From: Eledone cirrhosa
Taxonomy: Eukaryota
DNA: 64,000 bases
Direction: 5' to 3'
Assembly: GCA_964016885.1 (NCBI GenBank)
Contig: OZ024743.1
Location: forward strand, 307,210,001 to 307,274,000
The translations under genes were made by a program, and so were the position numbers. The number at the start of each line of letters is the position of its first letter. The first letter of the stretch is position 1. Positions 42,262-53,757 of the stretch are shown in pieces. Under the pieces are notes generated by a model that did not search any database, was not told the DNA's origin, and was given only the letters and a program-made list of their open reading frames with translations.

Positions 42262-42873
42262 TGTGTCAGGTCACCACTTGGTGCTACTGGTAACATGTAT
42301 CCCAGTACAACCTGTCTCATGGTCGGGTCGTTGGCGACTAAACTGGAAACCCCACCAAGGTTTCTTGGTGAGGAGGGTGACTTTGGACATCCTGCAGGAC
42401 TAAAAACAAAACCTGTCGAAGGGCAAAGGAGCTCTTAAGAGTCAATGGCCATCCAAAATCACTGGGAGAGATGACCCCTTAGCCTTTGTCAAGGCAGAAT
42501 TCTAAGAGAAGGAAAACTCTGATATAACACCTGCAACCCTGATGGTATCCAATGATGTTGACTTGTTCTTCTTTTTGGTAAATATCATCTTGGTTAAGAG
42601 AGTGGGACTGGCTTTGTGCAGTGCCTTTGCTCACTATAAAAGCTTCACGGCACAGGCATTGCTTTATATCTGGAGATCTCTCTGCACTTGTCGTCACATG
42701 GTACCATGGGCCCAGCACTATGTGTCAATAATTGTCACAAGTGTAGTGTTTGTACCAGAGTTTTCAAGTCGCTGGCTGGACTAAAAAGTCACACTCGTTC
42801 AGCGCATCGGTAGGGGTTCTCCTACATGGATATAAAGTAGTGGCCGTACTCGAAAACGAGTTGGCAGCCACCA
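42262..42873 (+). mobile_element. Bipartite non-autonomous RTE-derived element
   Basis: 5' part has GAGAAGGAAAACTCTGA (RTE 5' UTR-like); 3' part encodes HKCSVCTRVFKSLAGLKSHTRSAHR-stop, then a CTCG-AAAA-CGAG stem-loop and CCAT(AT)n; second copy at 2587-2999. Confidence 0.7.
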
Positions 42874-42884
42874 TATATATATAT

Positions 42885-43383
42885 ATTAGAATTGGAGCTC
42901 TGAAATAGCAATATATATATGGATGTATATATAATGTATTTTGCAATACACTTTATGCTTAATTAAAAGCATTTTGAAGACCGTAAGCTATTGTTTTAAA
43001 GTAGTGACAAATTCACTTACTTTGATCTCAGCAAACAGGGGAGATAAGCCGACAAGGCCCTGTTTCGCTTTGGTTGAAGATTATCAAGGCTAACTACCCC
43101 TCCTGTCTACCAAGATCACTGATGTTATATTCTTATAGAAATCTAGTAAATAATCAGGAGCTGATTATGCAGAGCGGTTGTTGGTCAGGCAGAAATTAAA
43201 AATTAGAATTGGAGCTCTGAAATAGCAATATAGATATGGATGTATATATAATGTATTTTGCAATACACTTTATGCTTAATTAAAAGCATTTTGAAGACCG
43301 TAAGCTATTGTTTTATAGTAGTGACAAATTCACTTACTTTGATCTCAGCAAACAGGGGAGATAAGCCGACAAGGCCCTGTTTC
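42885..43383 (-). repeat. Partial tandem repeat, ~317-bp period, containing a hammerhead
   Basis: 42885-43066 is repeated at 43201-43383. Confidence 0.9.
43047..43091 (-). ncRNA. Type I hammerhead with U3-A8 variant core
   Basis: AGCC-TTGATAA-TCTTCAACCAAAGC-GAAAC-AGGGCCTT-GTC-GGCT. Confidence 0.72.
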
Positions 43384-43906
<523 letters not shown>

Positions 43907-43907
43907 T

Positions 43908-44239
43908 CATCATCATCATCATCATCATTTCATTTTACGTCCACTTTTCCCTGCTTGCAAGGGTGGGACGGGAACTGATTCTGGCTTGATTTCTACAGCT
44001 GGATGCCCTTCCTAACACCAACCTCATTTACAGTGAGTGCTGGGTGCTTTTTTGCCGTGGCACCTCCACGAATGATAGGGATCCCAGTCCCTATCATCTC
44101 ATTTCTACAGCTGAGTAAACTGGAGCAACGTGAAATAAAGTGTCTTGCTCAAGGAAACAACACATCACCCGGTCTGAGAATTGAACTCACAACCTTTCGA
44201 TTGCAAAGCCAATGCTCTAACCACTAAGCCATGTGCCTC

Positions 44240-44241
<2 letters not shown>
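43908..44241 (-). mobile_element. tRNA-derived SINE with RTE tail
   Basis: Head GGAGGCACATGGCTTAGTGG (A box) and GAGTTCAATTCT (B box), core, tail. Confidence 0.9.
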
Positions 44242-44301
<60 letters not shown>

Positions 44302-44304
44302 CAC

Positions 44305-44365
<61 letters not shown>

Positions 44366-44374
44366 TATATACAC

Positions 44375-44423
<49 letters not shown>

Positions 44424-44428
44424 CATAT

Positions 44429-45149
44429 AAGGCAGGTTGTATGATGCCTGCATACGAACAGCAACGTTGCATGGCAGTGAGACCTGGGCATTGTGTGCAG
44501 AGGATATACGCAGACTAGAGAGGAACGAAGCTTGCATGCTCCACTGGATGTGTAATAGTAATATACGCGAACGGCAAAGCATAAACGAACTAAGGAAAAA
44601 ATTAGAAATAAGAGGGATCAGATGTTGTTTACTCGAGAGAAGGCTACGTTGGTATGGTCACGTGATGCGCATGAAAGACGACAGCTGTATAACAAAGTGC
44701 AGGGCAATAAAGATAGATGGTAGCCACGGAGTAGGCAGACCCAGAAAAACCTGGGACAAGCTGATAAATTCCGACCTCACACACTTACACCTCTCCAAGA
44801 CAATGTCACTGGACCGAGACCTTTGGCGGTACTCAGTAACAGAGAAGACCCGTGTTACCTAAATACAAAGTAAAACCTACTACAGTCAGTAGGCATCTCT
44901 AACAAAATACACCCCAGTCCCACCACCCCCACCCCATCCACACCGCCCCTTTCAATGTAAAGTTATGTTGGTGCCACAAAATCCAGGCCGAAACAAATGA
45001 GATCGTGTAGGTGTCACGAAAAAGAAAAACACACAGTCCACGCTGTAAATGTGACCGTGTAGGCAACACAGTAAAAACGTCCCAGTCCCACACTGTAAAT
45101 GTGGTTGGTGTTAGGAAGGGCATCCAGCTGTAGAAAACCGGCCAGACCC
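44429..45149 (+). mobile_element. RTE family C 3' fragment
   Basis: YDACIRTA...GRPRKTW, with partial 3' UTR. Confidence 0.92.
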
Positions 45150-45845
45150 ATAATTTATATAAACTTTATACATTTCTATTTCTAACCAGATTACAAGGAT
45201 TTAAATAAATTTAACAAAAGCAGACATCCGTTTTTGGAGATTTTTTTTAAAACCAAGTATAGTTAGGTAACATTTAGCCATATATTAATCAATATCGATT
45301 CATTAAACCTACCTTTCGTTTTCGTTTATTAAAGAAAGAATGAAGGATTAAAGCATCATAAATACACACACACATATAAGTAAATGAAAATAATCTATCT
45401 GAAATATGTCATATGTTAATAATCTGGTGTAAATCTCAGCTGGATTCACGCCTCTTCATATGAAAAATTTGAACATGAACATGTTACGGTAATATACAGT
45501 AATATTTATGTTTGGATTTGCAAGCACAGGGAAAAAGTGCTCAATACCAAAAGTAGAGTATAATATATATTTTATTATATTTATGATATTACTTTTTGTT
45601 TCTACACTAAGTTTTGCAGTTACTCACTAATCAGGTGACAACAAAACCAGGATTGGCAACTAACTTGAATGAAAATGCTGAAAACACTTTGCAGAAATTC
45701 TGGGGAAATGCTAGAGAAAATTAGTATGATTTTAAAATATGTTAAAAAATGTTAAAGTGTTTAAGGACTCTGCCCCCATGACCCTCTCAGAAATAAGTGG
45801 GGGAAGAAGAAAAAGACATACACACAAATACATAGATACATATAT

Positions 45846-46310
45846 CATCATCATCACCGTTTTACGTCCGTTCTTCCACGCTATCATGGGTTAGACGGAT
45901 TGTCCTGTTGTGGGCAGTGTCTGGTCGGCTGGCCATGCCTTGCTCATACAGGAACTGATTTGGCTTGATTTCTACAGCTGGATGCCCTTCCTAACACCAA
46001 CCTCATTTACAGTGAGTGCTGGGTGCTTTTTCGTGGCGCCTACACGTCCACTTTACAGTGTAGGCTGGGTGCTTTTTTGCCGTGGCACCTCCACGACCAC
46101 CTTGCAGTGGGAGGTGTGGGGGCATATTGTCTATATGCTTCAGCTTGAACGAGGTCGGGTACTCTGTATTACTGCGTAATGCCAGAGGTCATGGTCGTGT
46201 GTCATCGCCTTTGAGAGGTGTAATTGGGTAAGGTCGGCTTTTATCACTTCATCCCAGGTCATCTTGGGTCTCCCCACTCTGCGGTTTCCATCGACTTCTA
46301 GTGCTCTGCA
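45846..46310 (-). mobile_element. RTE family B 3' fragment
   Basis: CRALEVDGNRRVGRPKMTWDEV, 3' UTR and tail. Confidence 0.9.
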
Positions 46311-46790
46311 TACATATATATATATACACATACATATATATATATATACACACACATACATACAAATATATCCAATCCAATTCAGAACCTTCTCACTCCT
46401 GTTGGAGGAACCCTTCCCTGGTTGACTTCCACTGTTTTTGGTTTTGGCCATGTCTGGTGTAGTTGTACTAACCATATGTTTGGAACATAACTTGAGGATC
46501 ATAATTTTATGTAAAAACCTCCTTAAGTTATGTTCCAAACACCACCTTAATAGTGACACATTTAGTTATATTACTTAATCCTTTCAAATTCTTGATTATT
46601 TTCAAATTATTTGATAATAATAGTGTTGTATTCCTCTCGGTACTCGCAGAGAAAACACAACGAGTTATATCAAATAATTTGTGTAATTTGCGAAACAACC
46701 AAAACGCCCCTCCTCGCAGTAGCAGAATAACATAAAGTAAGTAGCAGTCTGTGACCGAGTTTTTAATACCAACGCTGACTGATTGCCCAG

Positions 46791-46825
46791 GTCACGTGAT
46801 TCATATGCAAATGTGTGAGCACGTG
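46791..46825. promoter_or_regulatory. CLEAR-like E-box, octamer and second E-box
   Basis: GTCACGTGAT (46791-46800), ATGCAAAT (46805-46812), CACGTG (46820-46825) in non-repetitive DNA upstream of a lysosomal gene. Confidence 0.4.
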
Positions 46826-46902
46826 TAAATTGAATAGAAATTTAACAGTCCATACAACAATGAGGTTGTGAGTTCGATTCCCAGTCCATACAACAAATAA
46901 AT

Positions 46903-47276
46903 AATGTCTTTCATCAGAAATATGGTAATGAAAGGGTTAAAGACATAGATAATGTCTTTCATCAGAAATATGGTAATTAAAGGGTTAAAGACAGAAAATA
47001 TCTTTCATCAGAAATAGGGTATAGAAAGGGTTAAAGGCATAGGTTATGCCTTTCATTAGAATTAGGGTAATAAATGGATCAAAGAAATAGGTAGTGTCTT
47101 TCATTAGAAATATGGTAAAGAAAGGGTTAAAGACATAGGCAGTGTCTTTCATTAGAAGTATTGTAATGAAATGGTTAAAGACATGAGTAGTGTCTTTCAT
47201 TAGAAATATGGTAATGAAAGGGTTAAAGACATAGGTAATGTTTTTATCAGAAATGTGGTAATGAAAGGGTTAAACA
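46903..47276. repeat. Minisatellite, ~48-bp unit, about 8 copies
   Basis: Consensus near TGTCTTTCATYAGAAATATGGTAATGAAAGGGTTAAAGACATAGGTAR. Confidence 0.92.
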
Positions 47277-47591
47277 CAGCTATGTATTTATGCTGATGCT
47301 TCACTATTTTTGCTATAAATCACCTCTTTTAAAAATAGCAATCAAAAATTGATTTTTTTTACTTGGAGGTGGATGAGAAGATACATTTGAATAAGATGAA
47401 TATAGTCTATTGTATTGACATCAATACATATCTGTCTGTCTTTCTGTCAGTCTGTTCGTTTACATTTGTTGTTGATCTCCGTTTCAAACCTAATGAAAAA
47501 GATATTTGATCAAAGGCATATATGTGTGTGTCTGTATCTCTCTCTCGTCTGTCTGTCTGTCTGTCTTTCTCTCTCTCTATATATATATATA

Positions 47592-47961
47592 TCATCATCA
47601 TTTTACGTCCGCTTTTCCCTGCTTGCAAGGTGGGACGGGAACTGATTCTGGCTTGATTTCTACAGCTGGATACTCTTCCTAACACCAACCTCATTTACAG
47701 TGAGTACTGGGTGCTTTATTGCCGTGGCGCCTACATGTCAACTTTACAGTGTGGGCTGGGTGCTTTTTTTGCCGTGGCACCTCCACGATCACTTTCCAGT
47801 GATAGGGACCCCAGTCCCTATCATTTCATTTCTACAGCTGAGTAAATTGGAGCAATGTGAAATAAAGTGTCTTGCTCAAGGAAACAACACATCACCCGGT
47901 CTGAGAATTGAACTCACAACCTTTCGATTGCAAGCCCAATGCTCTAACCACTAAGCCTCCA
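47592..47961 (-). mobile_element. tRNA-derived SINE with RTE tail
   Basis: Same family as 53381-53754. Confidence 0.9.
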
Positions 47962-47973
47962 TAATAACTAGTT

Positions 47974-48065
47974 CGCCCACAGAGGGACTTGAACCCGCGA
48001 CCCTCAGATACCTTCACAGAGTAGATCGTAAAAGTCTGATGCTCTACCGACTGAGCTATATATAT
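47974..48065 (-). pseudogene. tRNA-Lys(TTT) pseudogene with a 19-nt intron
   Basis: TAGCTCAGTCGGTAGAGCA-TCAGA-CT-TTT-A-[intron 48010-48028]-A-TCTGA-GGGTC-GCGGG-TTCAAGT-CCCTC-TGTGGGC-G; 5' GCCC replaced by (TA)n. Confidence 0.88.
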
Positions 48066-48146
48066 AACAAAGGAAATGTGGTGAGGAGCCAGATAGACCA
48101 TAACGCACTAGAGTACTCAATACTTAGAGTAGTAGAGTGAGTAATA

Positions 48147-48969
48147 GGAAAATGTTTGTCCCCGATGGCAGAGCTCAAGCCGTTTCGACGGCTATTTCTG
48201 GATTAAATTAGAATTTTTAGCGTGGTTAATAAATAGCCGAACTTTTCAAAGGCTAATTCCTTATATGGGAAGATTGTAGTTGTCAAGAGGATTGGTCAAA
48301 ATTTCTTGTAAACACAATTAAGTCTTTCTTTTCTTTTCCTTTTTCTTTTCATTTTTATATTACTTTCTTCCACTCCCTATCCTCTTCCTTTTCCTTTCTC
48401 CCCTTTCGCCTGCCCCGAAGCAGCCCATCGAGCTTTTGTAGCCCCAATACCCCCACCCCAGTAAATTATATATAGCATTGGCCGAAAACGCAACACCAAC
48501 TAAATATAGCAGCTGTTTTAGACTCTAGAGATTTTTTATCACTTCTTACTATCCAATTTTATTTTTTTTCTTATTTATTTATTATCTTCTAATCTCAATT
48601 TATTAACCTATTCTATAACATCCCCTCTCTATTTTCTCCAGAACCCTCTTTCGCCTGCTTCCTCTAGCCTAGTTTCATACACAATCCTTAGAATTCACTT
48701 TCAACGCTTGACCGGCTCCACCCATTCCCTCATTTTTCTACAGGCTCAAGTTCAGCCACCCCCTCCCCCCACCCACCCACCCACTGTCATGAAATACTTA
48801 ATTGTGTTAACAAGAAATTTTGATCAATCCTCTTGACAACTACAATCTTCCCATATAAGGAATTACCCCTTGAAAAGTTTGGCTATTTATTACCACGCTA
48901 AAAATTCTAATTTAGTCCAGAAATAGCCGTCGAAACGGCTTGAGTTCTGCCGTCGGGGACAAACATTTT

Positions 48970-48971
<2 letters not shown>
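48147..48971. mobile_element. Non-autonomous DNA transposon, 825 bp, ~180-bp TIRs
   Basis: GGAAAATGTTTGTCCCCGA... inverted at the right end; TA on both flanks; non-coding pyrimidine-rich interior. Confidence 0.9.
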
Positions 48972-49035
<64 letters not shown>

Positions 49036-49037
49036 TA

Positions 49038-49128
49038 CAGGGTGTTCCCCAAAAAATATATACACACTTTGATTACTTGTACAGGCAATATTTATTAGAA
49101 TGCTGTTTGCATTTTTTGAGACACCCTA
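49038..49128. mobile_element. Tc1/mariner-type MITE, 91 bp
   Basis: TA-CAGGGTGT...ACACCCTA-TA. Confidence 0.65.
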
Positions 49129-50357
49129 TATATATCGGAGAGGGTGTAAGTATGTATATATATTCAAGCCTTGAGAGCAGAGGAAGCAGACATTAATGAT
49201 GGTGATGATGATGTGTTTATAGGTGCTGATATGGCTGTGTGGTTAAGGAATTTACTTTGCACTCATAAAATATGGTTGGAAACTGTGTGTGTACGTACAT
49301 GTACTTTTGAGCAGGATGCTGATTCCAACCAAAATTATAGGAAGGAAATAGACTTTTCCTTTTCCCCCTTCCTTCCATCTTATTAATGACTGAAATATAT
49401 GTCAACATTATGTAAGTAATATCTATTTATTTTCAAACTTTCTTGCACAATTTGAACTAATTACTTTAATAAATATAAGTTACTGTACCACATGACACCT
49501 GTACACCAAGATATGCTTGTACAGTTTAAAACAATGCTATGACTGCATCATATAAAAAATTAAAATCTTTACTTTAATACTGCAGATTTTCACAATGATA
49601 ATAGAGCAAGATAACTGACCCCCCTAGCCTGTCTAGGGGGTCAGAAGCTCTACTTCAGTACACACACACAATGTATTTCCTATTCCAGTCATGTTCCCAC
49701 AATCAGAGGTTCACATTCCAATCACAAGGTACTGGGTTCTAACCTTACTTTTGTCCCTGTAAATAATTATTTCTCCAAACTTACACCTACATTTAATCCT
49801 CTATATCATTTCTACTTACATGCTGAACATTTATGTAATCATATCCTAGAAATATATTATTTGAATATCATTCTTACCTTTAATCACTTCCACATGTCAG
49901 TAATCAACTTAGACTATAAGGTTTCTCTTATGTAAACCATTAATTTATTACAATTTAAATATCTCAGTTTGTATAATTGTTCATATATCCAGTAATCCTG
50001 GTATATATAGCCTTTCATGTTTCAGTAATCTACAGAGACTAGAGTTTCTTTTATGTAAACCATTAATAGAGAGTTTCTTTTATGTAAACCATTAATTTAT
50101 TAAGTAATCCTGCTATATCATCATCTCCGTGGACTACAAAACTGAAATCCATTTCACGCTATTTTCTTTTTGCTGTAATTATGTATAGGTTCCATCATAG
50201 GATATATAGGTTATCTATTTTTATTCTTATTTTAAATCATTTCTATTGAGTTGATAGATTCATATGTTATATGTAATTAGTAAGAGACAAAGTTCAAGCC
50301 AACAAATTTGTAGTTGTTGTGGTTTAGTAACTCATTATTATTTATATAGTTTATACG

Positions 50358-50545
50358 GTGGATTGGCAGTATTGGTAGAGTGTCCGACACCATGTTTGCA
50401 ACATAGAGTTATGGCCCTTTACGTTCTGAGTTCAAATTCCGCCGAGTTTAATTTTACCTTTCATCCTTACAGGGTTGATAAAATAAAGCACCAGTAATAC
50501 ATTGGGGTAATTGCTGGCCTTGTTCCAAAAGTAGAAACAATTATT
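50358..50545 (+). mobile_element. tRNA-derived SINE, second family
   Basis: TGGCAGTATTGG...GAGTTCAAATTCC...CCTTTCATCCTT...GATAAAATAAAGCACCAGT; copies at 51509 and 56389. Confidence 0.8.
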
Positions 50546-50767
50546 CATACTTTTACAATTTGAGTTTGTTGGAAGCTATATATATAGTTAATGGTCCATA
50601 GAGTTTATTTTTTACTGGTTACAGTCAATAGATTGTGGCCATACTGGGGCACTGCTATCAAGGTATTTTAGTTGATCAGGGGAAGAACTATATATATATA
50701 TATATATCATCATCATTGTTTAACGTCTATTTTCCATGCTAGCATGGGTTTTATATATATATATATA

Positions 50768-51357
50768 TCATTTAACATCCATTTTTCTACACTAGCATGG
50801 GTTAAACGAGTTGTCCTGTTGTGAGATAGGACAGGTCAAGTGACCATGTCTTGCTCATACAGAACTGATTTTGGCTTTGTTTCTACAGCTGGATGCCCAC
50901 AGTGTGGGCTGGGTGCTTTTTGTCGTTACACCTACATGACCACTTTACAGTATGTACTGGGCATTTTTTGTCGTGCCACCATCACGACCCATTTACAGAG
51001 TGGGCTGGGTGCTTTGGTGGGGATTGGGGAGGAGGGTATATAGGCATGTGTGAGAGGCAGAGTGTTAGGAAGGGAGGATGGAGGTGAAAGTGGTGCACAC
51101 GAAATGTACGCTTCCACCTGTGCTCATGGGAGGTGTGTTGTGGAGATGAAGGAGGGGGGAGGGGGTATACTATATGTAAGCTTCAGCCTGTGCTAATAGG
51201 AAGGCGGGTCTCCTCTATTACTTCATAATGCAAGAGACTTGGCATGTGTCATTGCCTTTGAGAGGTGCAATTGCAAAGTTAGCCTTTATCACCTTATCCC
51301 AAGTCTTCCTGGGCCTTCTCTCTCCTGGCTTCCATCAACTTTGAGCACTCTGCACTT
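50768..51357 (-). mobile_element. Old RTE 3' fragment
   Basis: Diverged match to the RTE-B ORF end and 3' UTR. Confidence 0.7.
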
Positions 51358-51508
51358 TTATATATATATAAATATACATACATACAGAGAAAGATTGGTA
51401 GTTACTAGATTAGACTAGTAAGACCATCATTCAGCTTAGTACTCAATACTCACTGTCAAAACAGCTATCTCAAACATCAGGCAGTAACTCATTATATATT
51501 AATATATA

Positions 51509-51690
51509 GTGGATTGGCAGTATTGGTAGAAGGTCGGACGCCATGCTTTCCAGCATAGTTACGTCCCTTTACAATCTGAGTTCAAATCCCGCCGAGGTTG
51601 ACTTTGCCTTTCATCCTTACGGGGTCGATAAAATAAAGTACCAGTAATGAACTGGGTAATTGTTGGCCTTGTGCCTAAAGTAGAAACAAA
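51509..51690 (+). mobile_element. tRNA-derived SINE, second family
   Basis: Homologous to 50358-50545. Confidence 0.82.
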
Positions 51691-52237
51691 TATATATCAT
51701 AATAATAACAGACTTGATCACATGACAACCACTTTGTGCTAGATTTGTCTGGGAAATGATAATTTGATATCTTCCTCTCTACCGCTCACACACACTCTGT
51801 TGACAAGACCTATCATCGCTCTAGATAATCTGTGGTAAAAGAGTAGCTATCTACTTATGTATCTATCTTTGAACAATTTAATCTTTCATCTATGTACCTA
51901 ACTGCATATCTCTCTACCTAGATAGCCTTCTATCTACCAATCTGTCTGTCAATCTATCTACCTATTTATCTATATCTACGTCTGTCTCCCTATCTGCCTA
52001 TCTATCAACTTACCTGTCTATCTATAGCTATCTATTTGTATATATTTACCAACTTTGGACAAAAACAAAAATAATAACAACAATAAAGCACTCAATAATA
52101 GTCTGAAGATAAATAGATACATAAGTAGAAGAAATTCATCATAAATTGATTTAAATGAATGTAAAATAATATATTTGTAATTTATTTCTCATTCTATCTT
52201 TTTCTTCTTTTTTATTCCAGAAATCTGTCTGTCAATA

Positions 52238-52504
52238 ATGAAATTCCAATGTGTTGTGTTAGCTCTCTTGCTTGTAGCATGGGCAACTTGTGTAACATCT
52301 TCTCCACTTCATAATCATCTTGAAAAACGTTCCCTTAAAATTTCTTTGAAATGCCTTGGATGTGAGTCAGCAATTACTTTTTTCCGGAAAATATTGAAAA
52401 CTAATCCCAATAGCTCACTTATTGGTAGTATTATCAAAGAAGCTTGCATACATTTTTACATCGAAAGTCCTAAAGTCTGTGCTTCTGTTGTTAAAGAATT
52501 CCAA
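52238..52504 (+). CDS. SMPD1: Acid sphingomyelinase, coding exon 1 (signal peptide and saposin-B start)
   Basis: Acceptor at 52220; MKFQCVVLALLLVAW...CLGC...C...VC...EFQ, then GTAAGT donor, phase 0. Confidence 0.9.
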
Positions 52505-52534
52505 GTAAGTTAAAACATTTTTACAAATACATAT

Positions 52535-52834
52535 CTTTATTTCACATTGTGTTCTTGAGCAAGACACTTTATTTCACATTGTATCCTTCAGCAAGACACT
52601 ATATTTCACATTGTGTCCTTCAGCAAGACACTTTATTTCACATTGTGTCCTTCAGCAAGACACTTTATTTCACATTGTCCTTCAGCAAGACACTTTATTT
52701 CACATTGTGTCCTTCAGCAAGACACTTTATTTCGCATTGTGACCTTCAGCAAGACACTTTATTTCACATTGTGTCCTTGAGTAAGACACTTTATTTCACA
52801 TTCTGTCCTTTAGCAAGACACTTTATTTTACATT
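52535..52834 (+). repeat. Minisatellite, 32-bp unit, about 9 copies, derived from a SINE core
   Basis: AGCAAGACACTTTATTTCACATTGTGTCCTTC repeats running into a SINE body. Confidence 0.92.
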
Positions 52835-53380
52835 GTTCCAGTTCACTCAGATGGAAAAAATGAGTTGTGACATTATAGGTGCCAAGCTGTATCATTCTTT
52901 GTTTTTCCCTTGTATGACATTGGTAGTGTGGAAAGAGGAGACTGGTATGCATGGGCAACTGTTGGTCTTCCACAAAATACCTTTCCAGGTACAAGTCCAT
53001 TGTCTGACAACATACACTTGTTAGTATCTATTGCTGTGTCTGTGTGTTGTAGAGGTGACTAAAAGGGTTGTTGACATAATTGGTCCACTATTAGTTGAGA
53101 CTTGGTTAATATCATCATCATCATCACTGTTTAACGTCTATTTTACATGCGTTAGACAAATTGTCCTGTTGTGAGATAAGTCAGGTCAGATGATCGTCTC
53201 TTGCTCAAACGGAGCTGTTTCTTGATGCCCTTCCTAATGCCAACCACTTTACAGTGTGGACTGGACACTTTTTTGAGGGTCACTAACACGACTTCTTTAC
53301 AGTGTAGACTGGTTTAATATATATATATATATTCTTTCCTACACTCACAGACGAGTGTGTATTGGTTTATATATATATAT

Positions 53381-53754
53381 GGAGGCACATGGCTTAGTGG
53401 TTAGAGCATTGGGCTTGCAATCGAAAGGTTGTGAGTTCAATTCTCAGACCAGGTGGTGTGTTGTTTCCTTAAGCAAGACACTTTATTTCACATTACTCCA
53501 GTTTACTCAGCTGTAGATAGGACTGGGGTCTCTATCATTCCACTGCAAAGTTGTCGTCAAGGTGCCACGACAAAAAAGCACCCAGCCCACACTGTAAAGT
53601 AGATGTGTAGGCGCCACGGAAAAAAAAGCACCCAGCACTCACTGTAAATGAGGTTGGTGTTAGGAAGGGCATCCAGCTGTAGAAATCAAGCCAGATTCAG
53701 TTCCCGTCCCACCCTTGCAAGCAGGGAAAAGCGGACATAAAATGATGATGATGA
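53381..53754 (+). mobile_element. Full-length tRNA-derived SINE with RTE tail
   Basis: A and B boxes, core, RTE-B UTR module, RTE-A terminus, (TGA)n. Confidence 0.92.
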
Positions 53755-53757
53755 TAT

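Noticed and set aside
45601-45640. Hammerhead-like CTGATTA...AAAAC on the minus strand
   Set aside because: Both core strands are mutated and the helices are unconvincing; at most an old remnant
46903-47276. CRISPR-like array (also 52535-52834)
   Set aside because: Head-to-tail units with no unique spacers, no cas genes, eukaryotic context
53381-53455. tRNA gene
   Set aside because: SINE head: A and B boxes but no cloverleaf, and fused to the core and tail in several copies
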